Shown one piece after another: positions 26,245 to 40,331 of a stretch of DNA of 64,000 bases. The first letter of the stretch is position 1; each line of letters starts with the position of its first letter. The notes beneath the pieces were generated by a model. That model searched no databases, was not told where the DNA came from, and saw only the letters and a list, made by a program, of their open reading frames with translations. The stretch comes from Geosiphon pyriformis uo1 (lineage: Eukaryota > Fungi > Glomeromycota): contig JAAOMT010000597.1 of assembly GCA_016748015.1 (NCBI GenBank), positions 907,181-971,180 on the forward strand. The letters run 5' to 3'. A program made the translations under genes and the position numbers.

Positions 26245-29200
26245 TTTTTTTTTTAATTCATTTTATAAGTACAGTCTAATTATTATTTAGTATACAAAAA
26301 CAAAGCAAGTAAATCAAATTAAACATGGCTTATGCTTTTTCTATATATAACCAGCCATTTAGACCAATCAAGACAATACTATACATTTACAAAAACATTT
26401 AAACTATTGTTTAAACCAAAAAAAACAGATACAGTCTGTACAAACCAAAACTAATAGCAAAAAACTTAATAATATCAAGCAAATAAACCATTTTTTTAGA
26501 CAAAAAGTTGAACAAATTATGTAACGAATCAAATACTATACTTGTATTACAGACTAGACTACTCTTTTCTATATTTGCTCTAAATTTAGATCTTAATAAC
26601 CACAATCTATTGTAATGTTTATTAGCCAAATAATAAATAAAATCAACTACTGTTAACACCACTCTCTTTTTATCTTCAAACTTAGATATTGTCTTATTAA
26701 TTCATTCCTTAAAAACAAAGTCCTTGCACAAAACTATCTATATACTAATATTTAAAGCATCTGAAAAAAGAGTGTACAAAACTGAGAATAATAATAAAAA
26801 ACAATCTTTTACCAAAAACCTTCACAGTTCAGCATAATAAAAAAGAATATTAAAGTACATAAAAGCATCCTTAGAGCAAGTAAAAGCATGATTAGACAAT
26901 TCAATATTACTACATATCAAGTACAAAACATTTGAATAATTTTGTCATATAGTTTTTTATAAATAGTAATTGACAACTTTTTGTGGATGGCTTTTATTAA
27001 ATACATACACAAAGTAGCCAACTTTTTACTGGTAAAACTGGCTAATATGTAAAAGTCTGGAGGCAGTACAATTTCAATTTATATTTCAAATAAACAAACT
27101 GTCTAAAACATCTATATTAGAACCTGCTTCTCATAAAGCTTGATAAACAGTCTAATAAATATCTCAAACAAAATAGTAAGCATTATCTAAAACCATATAA
27201 TTATCTGTCACAAGAATTCTATTACAAATTACAATAAAAAGACCAAATATAACCATGTTGCAACACAAACAAAAACATCTGTCTGATTATTATCAAAGTT
27301 CTCTGAATGGTTTTTTACTTTTATTCATCTTACAAAAATGTCCTTTGATCTTATTAAATTAATAATATGATGTCTTTTCACCCAATATTTGTTTTGGAAG
27401 TTAGACCAGCAAGGCTTGTTTTCTAATAAACATGTATTTAAAGTTACTTGGCTATTTATATGCAAAACTACTATACAAGATAATAGAACACATTCTAAAG
27501 CCAAAACAATTGCTTATAATTTTAACAACATTAAAAACAACAATTCATGCACTTTAATATTCACATCTATATTAATATTAGAAAAGTAAGCCATAATCTC
27601 ATTAGCCACTTTCATTATATTCAGATCTATCAAAAAGCCATTAGTATAAACATTAATTATTCCAGTCTATATTTTATATAAGTGTTTACAAATATTTAAG
27701 AACTTATTTAAGTAAAAAAATTAGAACAACTCAAATTAGCAACATTTTTAATAGACTTTATAGAGAATTGTTTATATATACCAAAGCTTTTTTAAACCAT
27801 AACAGTATTAAACCTCTTGAACTTAATTTCTTCCAATATTGAAATGTCTTTTAATCCATAATTAAACCATACTAGTTTAACAAACTCTTTTTAAAAGCAA
27901 TACCAAAACATTTTAAAGAATGCACTAAATTAAAATAATATTTATCTTCTAATATTCTAGATATTAAAAAGTGTCTATACCCACAAAATGCACTAGGCAG
28001 ATTATTGGCTAACAAGATCTTAATGTTCAAAAAAATTTTATAACATCTGCCAGAAAATTATTCCTTGGCTTGATTTTTAATTTGACTAGATATTGTAAAA
28101 AATTCAGAAGTGCTTACTTTAAAACTTGTAAATTCAAAGCATAGTGTTCAAACAGTCAGCTAAAAATTCCAGCAACATTAGAAAAACCAATTACCAAAAC
28201 TATCTTGGCTTTAACTTAGATCTGTTCAAAAAACTTTAAATTATACAGAAATAAGTAATGTAAAATCATATTGGAAAAATTTTTCAGCAAATTGGCCTTA
28301 AATTTGAGTTTTTTTCTTATTATAATATTTTATTTATGACACATACTTTTGAATATAAAGCTGAACTAAATCTTATAACTTATTATAGATTGCAAAACTG
28401 CCAAAAACAAATAAAAAAACTGCTTATCTGATAATGCTTTTCTAAGAACTATATTTAAAAAGAACCTAATATCTGATTGTATCTTTGTTAGACTTAGCTT
28501 AAACAAACCCTTTGTTAACAAAAAAATACCCAAATATTTATGAGATTTATTATACTTGACTACAGAAATTAGGTGGTCACTAATATATAAAAAAGTTTTC
28601 ATTATCTTTTGGTTAATAAGAATGACTACTGTTTTGTTATTATTGATAAAAATATTATTTAACCTAAAAAACTTACTCATAATGTTCAAAATATACTGTG
28701 TTAAAGTTTAATCATTTTTTATTTATATTGTGTCATTCACAAAAATACCAGCAGCAAAAAACAAAGATCTGCCTCTAATAACCTTTACTCTGCCTGTTTT
28801 TGTTACAAAATTAAAATTAATTTTATATTTACACAAATATTTATGTCTCTTAATCTTATACAACAAAAAATCATAAAAACTTTTCAAAGAAGCAGTAAGA
28901 AAATCTTACTCAAATCAAGCTCATTATAAACTCTGTAGCTATTTGAAAAACCAAAATTAGTTATTATCTTATTGATTTTGTTCTCATAAATATTTCCAAA
29001 AACTTAATAAATCTATCATATATCTTAATACATTTTAAATTCGACTTTAAATAATGTCACCTAACTGAATTATAAGCTTTATACATATCTTGTAAAACCA
29101 ACCAAATTTTTTGGCCCTTTTTTAGAATATCTTTGATTATTAAACCAATAGCAAACACAGAAAATTGGATCAAAATACCTTTCAAGACAGAAAAATTATT

Positions 29201-30409
29201 ATTATAAAAAACATTAAACTTGTAACAAACAGATAAAATATGATCTGATAGAATTTTGGATAAAATTTTTCTTGTAGTTTCAATTAAAGCAATAGATCAG
29301 ATGTTAATTAAAATGCCATTTTATTTGTAAAACTTAAGAATTATCAAAACTCATACTCTCTTTTAAAGATCCAAAATATTACCAAGCCTTAAATAAAAAT
29401 TAAATAGATCTAAAAAGCATCTTATTGTTTTATTATTACAGTATTTCTACAACTTATTTAATATGTTAAAAAAACCAACAGTTTTGCCATTAGATAACTT
29501 ACTTATTACTGAGATCAATTTTTCCAAGCCAATATCATTTATTATGCCAGAAAAAGCATTATTCTTTATATACACTAAAAGTACATATTGATAAGTCTAC
29601 CAATCAGACAGAATTATAAAAATCTTACACTTTTTTGCCTAATTTACCATAATACTATTAACTTTAGACTTTATTTCTTCTGGTTCCAAAACTATTTTCT
29701 CCCTAATTATCAAATAATCTAAAACAACTTTGCAAAAAAGTCATTTCAAGACACATTTTATTATGCATTTTTTGTTTGAATTGAAATTTTCTATTTACTT
29801 TTCAATTGCATTCCTAATAGATATGTTTTTAGTTATTTTTGATTTATAATACTTTAATTTTTGATATTTTTTCTTGACTTTTAATAAATATTTAATCATT
29901 TTTATAGGTTTTATATTATTACAGAACAAGATAACAATCTTAGAAGCCTTAACATTATTGATAATAGACCAAATTTTAACCAGTTATTCAAAACCAGACA
30001 CCCTTATCAAACTCAAATTTTTACTATCTTAGCAACCAATATTTTTAGTTTGTAAAATTTCGAAAATTGCTTACTTCTTAAACAGTTTAGTTTATAAAAC
30101 CAATGTTTAAAAAAATTTTATTAGTTGAGCCAAATACTACCCTTCTTAACACATCTCACATCTTACACAAATTTTTTTTTTGCATTTACAAAACTATTCA
30201 TTATTATTAACAACTTAACAGAAAAACATTATTTAAAATACATCTACTTGGCTTTATTTGTATTTTTAATCTGAAACTTTCATTGATTTTTATTAGTTTA
30301 TTTGTAAATACTATTCAAATAAACATTTAATAGGTTTTCCAATTTAATTAAAATCAAAACCACTCTATAATCAATATCAAAAAATTCAGATACAGATCCA
30401 ATTTTGTAC
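26245..30409 (-). mobile_element. L1-like LINE, 3' part: end of APE, RT, RNase H, Cys/His finger, 3' UTR, poly-A
   Basis: RT motifs VLQDMYKAYN and GIFVNDTI (FVDD). RNase H VYTNG...L*AIVLALEC...NSQ at ~27650-27270. LYLICSNIELSNHAFTC. Stop at 26379-26381. T-run at 26245-26253. Confidence 0.9.
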
Positions 30410-31297
30410 TGTTATTCATAAAAATTAGAAATATTATAGTTAGAAAAATAGCCAATCAGAAATAGTCATAATAACAGAGGAATTCCAAGATTTCTCTAAA
30501 AAAATTGCAGAATTTCAGAATGCCAGAATTCTTCACTTAAAATTGCAGAATTCTAAGATTTCTTTGAAAAAACACAGAATTCCAGAAATCTCATATAATA
30601 TTAACTATATATATATAGCAGTAGTATTAAAAGCAAAAAAAGTATTTGGTTTAAATTTTATTTTAACATCTTTTTTTTATTTATTAATTAACATTTACTT
30701 CACAGATAGTTACTATTAACTGAAGTAAATTTATTAGAATATTCAATAAAACATACTTATTATTATCCAATTCATGTTATTATTGCTTGATTAAGAATTT
30801 CTATCATTGATCTGTTATCAACATTCTATGTTAATAATATCTAATACTTAATTATACTGAAACAATAACTCTTGATTATAACTATTGACAGAATACTAAT
30901 TTCTTATTTTTTTTATTTTTTTTTATTTTTTTTTATTTTTTTGTTGTTTGTTAACTTACTAACTGATTAAAAAAATTAAGCACTGATTAATTAATGTTAA
31001 AAATAGTCTGTTAAAAGACTCAGAAATAAGAGTATAGAGTTTAGAAATTTAAGATAACTTACCAAAAAGACATAACTGCTAAAATAAACCAGTCACTATG
31101 CTGAAAAAACAAATTTGATAGAATAATCATTTTGAGAAATTACTGAAACAACTATTGAATTTCTATTTATTATACAAAAAACTTCACCAAAATCTTTAGA
31201 TACAAAAATCTTCAAATTTACCAAGATTATCAAGCTATTGAATACCAAGTTATGAGTTTGTTATTTGTTTTCATATCCCAAATAATTACCTGTAACA
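30410..31297 (+). repeat. 5' LTR
   Basis: TGTTA...CCTGTAACA; direct repeat of 39424-40331. Confidence 0.92.
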
Positions 31298-31299
31298 TT

Positions 31300-31317
31300 T
31301 GGTGCTCTTTATAAGAT
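31300..31317 (+). other. Primer binding site
   Basis: TGGTGCTCTTTATAAGAT lies 2 nt after the LTR. It is complementary to a tRNA ending GAGCACCA (elongator Met- or Ile-like; identity not resolved). Confidence 0.7.
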
Positions 31318-34300
31318 ATAATTTAACAGAAAATTAACACCAGCAACAACTATCTGAAACAATGACAAAATCAGAAGTAATAAGAACAAATCACTTAAAA
31401 TTCACAAAATCCTTATTTCAATAATACCATCACAGTTAGAATTAATCAGCAATCATTGGCCAGCTGAATTACTCTTCAATTGTTACATCAATAATAGAAT
31501 CACATACTTTGTAGAAAAACCAACCAATATTGAATTAGCAAGAGAAAATTTCTATGCCAAATTAATTTAATACACTAATTTACTATTAAATCACAATTTT
31601 GCTTCCATTATTACTGAAATCGACCAAAAAATTGAAAGTTACATCCAACAAAGATTTCTTATCATCTATATAGACAAAGACAAACAAAAACTACAAATTC
31701 TGACAGGAATACCAAGAAGAATACAACCATCTATATGGAAAAAACCAAAAGTTATTTCACTTATTCACCTATTTTATCACTACATACTGAGAAGTATTAT
31801 CAATATACTATTAAGAAGTGTATCATTATTAACAAAAACACTATCAGTAAGAATAATATTTCAAAGCAAACATGAAAAAACCAATATATTAAAAACTTAT
31901 AGCAATTTCTTTGAAGAATTTAAATTGTAATCTCTAATACTATCAGGATTTCAATTACCATTACTTCAACCTGATTTTGGAATCATTAGTTTTTGGGAAA
32001 AAACTGACTCAGAAAAAAAGAAAAACAAAGATCAAAAATTTAATTACCAAAATCTGAAAATTTAAACTCCAATTATTTTAATCCAGCAAAATCTGAATAA
32101 TTTAAATTCAGCTTCTATTGTTCTTTAAAACTTATCTTCAGTAATCATAATTGAGCTATCATTAATTGTACTAATTACTATTCAACCACAATAATAATTA
32201 TTACCAATAACATATATTTCTATTGTCAAATTAAAAAAGTTTATCAGCAAAAAAAATAACACTCAGTCTGGCTCAATAATATTGCTAAGCCAATTATTAC
32301 CAATAATTATAATGATGTTAGAGCTCTCTAAGTTATCTTATATTTTTTGCAAGATACTGTTAATTTATGGTATTAGAGTTTAATTAATAAATTCATCACT
32401 TTTAATATGTTTAAAACCAAATTTTTAAGATACTTTAGCAATAATAACAGCATTAATTGCTTGATAACAGCATTTACCACTATCAAACAAGACAACACAG
32501 AAGCAGTCACTACTTATTTAGGATATTTCTATAAAAATTTATGCCAAATTCAAATTATTAATGCTAATTATTTTACAATACTACAAATCTTGAATCAGTT
32601 TATTTGTGGTCTGTGCAGTAGTCTTTTATAATATATATATCTATTATATTTATAAACTTTTTAAGATGCAGTCATACATGTCTGAAATTTCGAATTGGTT
32701 AAACTGAAATCCAACTACACTCAAGCTATTAATATAGTAAAAAATAAATTATCTAACTTAAACTCTAAGTTAAAGCAATTTAATAATTCCATTAATCAAA
32801 AATTAGAGAGATTATTAGCTAACAATTAAACAATTTATTAATTTTCACAATATTACAATAATCCAGAAAACTTAAATCATCTCTAAAATTAACTGCATTT
32901 ATTATTATCAACCAATTAACAGTGATAACAAAAAACAAATAATTGTTACTATTGTAGTAAACAAAAACATTTGCAAATTGACTGTTATATCTAGTTAAAT
33001 AATTAATAATTGGGAAATCAATATCAAAACTCCAATTGCCAATTTCAAACTCTAAATTATCAACCAAATCAAGACCCATATTAATTTTATTATACCTTAA
33101 TAACACAATAAGCAATATATTTACTGTTAATTTATTAGCTTTCAATATTAGTAATATATTAACCACAGCTACAGGTCATTTATTAACTTCAACAAATTCA
33201 AATCCAGCCCCAAAATTTTACTTAAAGCAAAAACCAAAGACCAAAAACTACCCAAATCTGTCAGAACTAGAAATTGGTAATAGTAATACACTAACCAATC
33301 TCCAGTTCAACAGCTTAACAATCTGAATTATAACAGCAAAATTCAAGAACTAAATATGCTTAAAACTTAAATGCTTAATAGTATTTAAGTTTTTTAGTAT
33401 CCCCAAAAATTACCACATCTAATTTATTAGAACTCAATTAAACTCAATTACTTATTAACAATATTCTATTAGCAATTATTACTGAAGATAAATTACTTAC
33501 TGCCATTTTTCTTTTTGAATTTGAGAAACTAATTGAAACATTTCTATTCAGTAGAACTGTCCTTAAAGTAAAACTAATTACTGTGATATATACCAATATA
33601 AAAGCCAATGGCTATTTTATTAAACTAATTCTTAAAAATAGATTAGCAAACAGTATTATTATACAATAACTTATGAACCAATTAGATTGCCAAGTTAATT
33701 GAGCTGCTAGCATTAGAATTATTCTAGCATATAGAACAACAAAAATTCTAATTGGTAAATTTGATAACTTCCTATTTAAAATCAACAGCATTATTGTGTT
33801 AATCAAAGTTTTTATTATGGAAGCCATATAGTATCAAACACTAGTTGGTAATAACTGGCTGTTCAATACTAGTACTATGCTTGACTGAATCATTCAAGAG
33901 CTATAGTTCTGTCAAAATAGACAATACATATAAGTATTAGCTATATGTAGTTATTTTAAACCACAAACTACTCAACCATAATTACTAATTAAATTTAAAA
34001 AAGAAAAAAAAAACCTATCTGAAAAATATATCAAGTTTCTTGGGCCAATAACAATTATAACAACTTACCACTAATATTTACATGAAAAAAAAAGGAAAAA
34101 AAAAAAAAGAAACATTCTAAGCAATCACTTCTACATATATTTCATATACTACTATTAATCAAAGACAATCAACTTATTGCCAACTCAAATTAATTTGCAT
34201 CAATTGTGACAAAAAATTGTTAACAATAGGTGTATATTGTGATAACAATAAAAAATAGCCAATAGCAACCAAATACTACTGTTGCTTATGCATTCTTAAA

Positions 34301-35069
34301 TGCTTTAAACGACCAAAATAACCAAAAAAATAGAACAACAAATCATGTTTTGCATGTGGAAAAACTTTTTTAGATAAAAAAATGTGGAACAATATTCTTG
34401 AATGAGAAAAAACATATAACAAAACATGTCAATACACAATTCTAATCAATAATTAGATACAAAAAAAAACTCCAATTAATGACATCTAAAAACAAGTATT
34501 GAAATGTTTAAAAGACTATTTACATGATAAACACAAGATCTGGAAGATGACAAATGCCAAAATTGAAGATATTACACTTAGTAAATTACTAAAAATTAAA
34601 AACAACTCACTATTTTTTTTTGAATTTAAATATGTTTTAATCTTTAACATCTTTAATGATGTTGAAAATGATTTAAAACAATTTTACAAATATTATCAAA
34701 ACTTAACATTGACTAAAAAAAAGCAAGAACAATGGTTAAAAAAGTTAAACATTTGACTATGTGACTATTATTTAATATTATATAACTTCAAGTATTGTAA
34801 TAAATATGATCTCATTTATAATTTACTACCACAAATAATCTATTTAATTCTTAAAGAGAAAAAACCAATTAATAAGTATACAGTGAAATCAGAATTGAAA
34901 TTTAATTCTAATTCAAACTCCAATAATAATGACAACAATAATATTAATTTTATTCACTATAGCAATAATAATAACAATTTAAACTCTAATTTAAAAACTA
35001 AGCAATATATTGTATTTTTATATCTATCTATGGAGCAGAAACTAAAATAGTTTAAAAATAATAATAAAG

Positions 35070-35460
35070 GTATCATGCCAGAATGTGTGTATAATACTAA
35101 TACAAGATTTGATTTAAGATATCCAGAAAAATATGCTATGATATTAGAGCCTAATACATGTACTTATATTAATTTGAAAATAATATTAAAAATCTTGACA
35201 ACAACAATGGTTTAATTAGCATCCAGATCTAGTTTAGCAAAAAAAAAATCAGTATTAAAAGAGAAATAATTGATGCAAAATATGTAAAAAATATTATTGT
35301 AATACTATAAAATAAATGAAAAAAACCATATATAATTAAACCAAATAAAAAAATAGCATAGGCAATATTCCTACCTCTGATGAAAATAGTCCAATTAGTT
35401 TCAGTGGGAAAAAAAAATTTAAGAATTACAATGAAAGAGATTAATAAATTCAGATTTATG
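35070..35460 (+). pseudogene. dUTPase domain within Gypsy pol (copy 2)
   Basis: IMPECVYNTNTRFDLRYP, LASRSSLAKK (motif 2), EIIDAKY (motif 3), KKIA*AIF (motif 4), INKFRF (decayed motif 5). Confidence 0.88.
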
Positions 35461-38400
35461 AGTAAAATAGACATACTAATTAATATAGTGGAGAAAAAAA
35501 CCATTGATAAGAGAAAAATTATTTCTATCAATTAACCAGTTTTTATTCTACTATATAATTAGTATATGTTAATAATAATAAAAAAAGTAAGAGACCAGCC
35601 CCAAATTTTTGAAGTGGAACCAACTATTTATAAATCAGAAAAGATTGAAATCATCAATCTCTATATACCAGCCAAAAACTATAAACACATCAAAATTTCC
35701 ATCTATAATACAACTGGAGACACTATTAAAATACCAAATGGAATTACTATTGGATACTTGAACACTAAAGTTGAAAACTAATCACCAAATACCATTCCAG
35801 ATTTTTTACAATTGTACAAATATGTGGATATTACATTACAAATATTATATAGACAAAAAAATGTTATTTGCTCTAATTAGAACAATTAAAACAAATGAAT
35901 TTGGAAAACTTAGACTCACTTTAACATATGCAACTCAAGATGCTTTTTAACAATTTTACTGACATATTTGCCAGTAAAAACAAATTTGGAAGAACTAATA
36001 TTATCTAATACCAAATTAAAACTGAAGATACAATGCCAATAAAACAATGAGTATACTGAATATCATTAGCAAGCCATAAAATTATCTAACAAAAAATCAA
36101 TAAAATGTTGAACAACAGATTAATTCAACTATCCATAAGTCCATAATTATCACCAGTAGTACTAGTTCAAAAAAAAATGGAAAAATCTGTTTTTGTGTAA
36201 ATTACAGAAAGCTCAACAATATTATTTATAAAAACAGCTATCTAATTCCACAGATTCAAGAATTGTTTGATGTATTTGGAAAAAAAAATAGTTTTAAATA
36301 TTAGATCTAGACAGTAATTATTAACAAGTAGCCATAAATTTAACTAATAAAGAGAAAACAGTATTTACAACCAGAAAAAAAAACTTTGAATTTGATATCA
36401 TGCTATTTGGCTTAATGAATGCTCCAGCTACCATTCAATAATTTATAAAAATTGTCTATACAGCATTGTTATGGAAGTCAGTAGTAGTCTACTTAAATAA
36501 TACCAATGTGTTTTCTAAAATATTTGATAATTATCTTCATTATCTTTAACAGGTGTTTAAAAGATTAAAAAAAGCCAGATTAAAACTAAATATTACAAAG
36601 TGTTTTTTTAACAAAACAGAACTGAAATTCTTGAAACATATTGTGAGCAAAGATAGCATCAAAACAGATTCAAATAAAATTAAGATAGTTAAAAACTTTT
36701 TAGTACCAATAAATCTTACAAAATTAAGAGCATTCTTGAGATTTACTAAATACTATTGCTATTTTATCCAAAACTTCTTCAAACTGGCTCAACTATTTCA
36801 CCAATTTTAAGCAAAGAATGTGAAATATGAATAAACTAAAACCCAACAAAAAGCTTTTAACATCTTGAAAAAAAAGCTTATTCAAACATTAGTACTGATC
36901 TATTCAGATCACAACAAATCATTTATCATTATCACAGATGTATCAAGTCAAGTCTTAAAAGCAGTATTGTTACAAAGAAGACCAGATAGAAGAAAACACC
37001 CAGTAGCATATGCCAATAGAAGCTTAAGTCCAGCTGAAAAAAACTATGGAAGTTCAGCATTAGAATATTTAGCTATCTATTGGGTTGTTATGAAATGGAA
37101 GAAATATTTGAGTCAAAAGTTTGATATATATACTGATTACAAAGAATTGACATCAATCCAGAAGCAAAAATTTGCAAATGACTGTCATGTAAGATAAAAA
37201 ATAGAACTATTATTATTTAATTATATAGTATATTATAAAAAGAAAAAAAAATGGAAATACTAACAATTTGTTATGAATAAAACAAATCTAAGAACATTTC
37301 AACCCAAAAATATAATAAAAAATAAAAACACAAAAATATTAACAACTCTAACATTATATTAATACTCAACAGTTTAAGAAAAAATTATCTCAAAAGGAAC
37401 AAAACAACATAAAACAACAAGCAAAATATTTTATCACTCATCAAAATATATTATATTGAAAAAACAGAAAATATTCAGATCAGCCACTTAAAATAATTAC
37501 AAAACCAAAAAAAGAAACAATACTATTCAATATGTATTCAAATCCAATAGCAGGACATTTTCATAAAAAAACAACTATAAAAAAAACCAGAAAAAAATAC
37601 TATTGGCTATTTATATCTAAACATTATCTAATATGTTCAAAATTGTGATGCTTATCAAAAAAAAGGAGGAACAAGATCCAGTGAACTCTTAAAACCAATT
37701 AAAATAGAACAACCATTTAATCAAATTAGAATTGACTTAATTAAACCATTAATAATAACCAGCAAAAGCAATTACTATATAGCAGTAACTATAAACTATC
37801 TTATAAAATAGCCAAAAGCAAAAGCAATTTAAGAGCAGATGCAGAATCTACAGCCAAATTTATCTACTAGAATTTAATTTGTCAATATAAATACCCAAAA
37901 AAATTATTATTAGATCAAGAAATTCACTTTGTAAACAGAACACTAAAAAAATTGAGTCAAAGATTTGGAATTAAGAGATCATTATTATTACTATACTATC
38001 TACAAATAAATAACTTAGTCAAAAAGTTCAACAGAACATTATGTAAAGCAATAATTAAGATTAACCAAGAAAACCAAGATAAATAGAATTGGTTTATATT
38101 ATCAGTATTATTTGCTTATTAGACAATAAAGCAAAATACCATATAAGCAATACTATTTAAACTTATTTATAATAGAACAACAATATTACTAGTTAAGATA
38201 AACATTAATACATATCCAATAGAACCAATAACAAAAGCCAACTTCCAAAAAACATTGCTAAAAAGAACATATGAATTAATAAAAACTTTGAAAAACAAAA
38301 AACAAAGAACAGTTAACAATATTTAAAAGTCACAAGAAAAACAAAAAGAAAGACATAATAACTAATTATTAGATAAACCAGTTAAATTCAAAATTAAAAA

Positions 38401-38689
38401 CAAAGTATTTTTATATTGCATCAAAGCAAAAAAACAATCAAGTAAAAAATTTAATTTTAAATGAAATGAATTATTTTACATTAAAAAATTTTTAGAAAAT
38501 AGAGCTTATAAACTAAGATAAAACAACAAAATCTTAGCTAAAACAACACATAAAAATTAACTGAAACCATATTATAATATAATATTATCATTTACTAATA
38601 ATATTTCATAACTGAAAGTACAAAAAATATTAGTCAAAACAGATAAAATTCTATAAAATCTAGAACCAATTATTATTATTAAAGCAAAC

Positions 38690-39420
38690 ATGTCAAATTA
38701 ATTTACTATAACAGTATATAAGAAATCAACATACATAACAAAAACAACAAGAAAAAATGGAAATCACCAATAATATCTACTTACTTACACAACAATTATT
38801 AAAATTGATTTAACAACAGAAATCAAGTTTGGAAATCACTATTAATAAACACATAATACAATACAAAAACAAAAAGATATCACAAAAAAACCAAACCAAA
38901 GAACAATATTCCAGATATTACATATTTAAAAATATTATAGATAAAATAAAAAAAAAAATAGAAAAGACATTGAAAGATTCAAGAATATTAATACCAAAAA
39001 AAGAACTGATCTTAGAAAATTGGAACTAATAAATACAATAAAATCCAAAAAACTTTTGTTATTATTAGTTAAAACAATAGTTAAGCATTAAAAACTTATA
39101 TACCAACAAAATAAAAAAAAAATTTGATTCAATTTAACTACAACAAATTAAACAATTTGTTAGAAAAACAATTTATTCACATATGCAAAAGCTATTTACT
39201 AGTTATAAATAGAATTTCAAAACAGATCAGAAATATTATTACACCCAACAATAGATACTGTAATTATTAATTAGTTAGAAAAATTAACCAACATTCAATT
39301 TGAAGAATTGTAAACAAAAATTACAAAAGCAATTCTGGAAAAAAAAATTATAAAGCTAATTTATAAAAAAAATTTAGAAAGTTTAAAAGATTTTATTAGA
39401 GCTCAATATTAAAAAAAAAA
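38690..39420 (+). pseudogene. Unknown ~240-codon ORF or pol extension between integrase and PPT
   Basis: ATG at 38690 is in frame with the integrase tail LEPIIII. Homologous region at ~8910-9630(-). Runs up to the PPT. Confidence 0.6.
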
Positions 39421-39423
39421 TAA

Positions 39424-40331
39424 TATTACTTATAGAAATTAAAAATATTATAGTTAAAAGAATAGCCAATCAAAAGTAGGCATAGTAACAAAGAAATTCT
39501 AGAATTTCTCTAAAAAAATTGCAGAATTTTAGAATTCTAGAATGCCAAAATTCTTCACTTAGAATTGCAAGATTTCAGAATCCCAGAATTCCAGAATTTT
39601 TCTAAAAGAATTACAGGATTCCAGAAATTTTGTATAATACCAACTATATATATATAGCAGTAGTATTAGAAACAAAAAAAATATTTGGTTCAGATTTTAT
39701 TTTAACATCTTCTTTTTTATCTGTTAATTAATATTTATTTTATAAATAGTTACTATCAACCAAAGTGAATTCATTAAAATATTCAATAAAACATATTTAT
39801 TATCATCCAATTTATGTTATCATCACTTAATTAAAAATCTCCATTACTTATTTGTTATCAATATTTTATGTTGATAATATTCAATACTTAATCATACTAA
39901 AACAATAGTTTTTGATCATAGCTATTGACAGAATACCAATTTTTTAATTTTATTTATTTATTTTTTATTTTTTTTTGTTGTTTGTTGACTTATTAATTAA
40001 TTAAAAAAATTAAGTGCTGATTAATTAATTTTAAGGATAGCCTGGTAAAAAATCCAGAAATAAGAATATAAAGTTTAGAAATTTAAGATAATTTACTAAA
40101 AGGACACAACTGCTAGAATAAATCAGCTACTATGCTAAAAAAAAAAATTTGATAGAATAATTATTTCAGAAGACTACTAAAACAACTATTAAATCTCTGT
40201 TTATTATATATAAGACTCTACCAAAACCTTTAGATATAAAAATCTTTAGATTTACTAACATTATTAAGCTATTAAGCACTAAGTTACAAGTTTGCTATTT
40301 GTTTTTATATTCTAAATAATCACCTGTAACA
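39424..40331 (+). repeat. 3' LTR, preceded by a PPT decayed to poly-A (39411-39420)
   Basis: T(A)TTA...CCTGTAACA; direct repeat of the 5' LTR. Confidence 0.92.

Larger units (their letters stand above)
30410..40331 (+). mobile_element. Full-length Ty3/Gypsy family A relic (9.9 kb) with both LTRs
   Basis: LTRs at 30410-31297 and 39424-40331. gag from ~31362 with CYYCSKQKHLQIDC knuckle (~32944). Protease ~33580-33950, dUTPase ~35070-35460, RT ~36000-36810 (FCVNYRKLN, VYLNNTN), RNase H ~36880-37270 (TDVS..PVAYANR), integrase ~37530-38570. TSD GTAC/GTGT. Confidence 0.95.

Noticed and set aside
30475-30590. CRISPR-like or satellite array
   Set aside because: No unique spacers, and the repeats are internal to LTRs in eukaryotic DNA.
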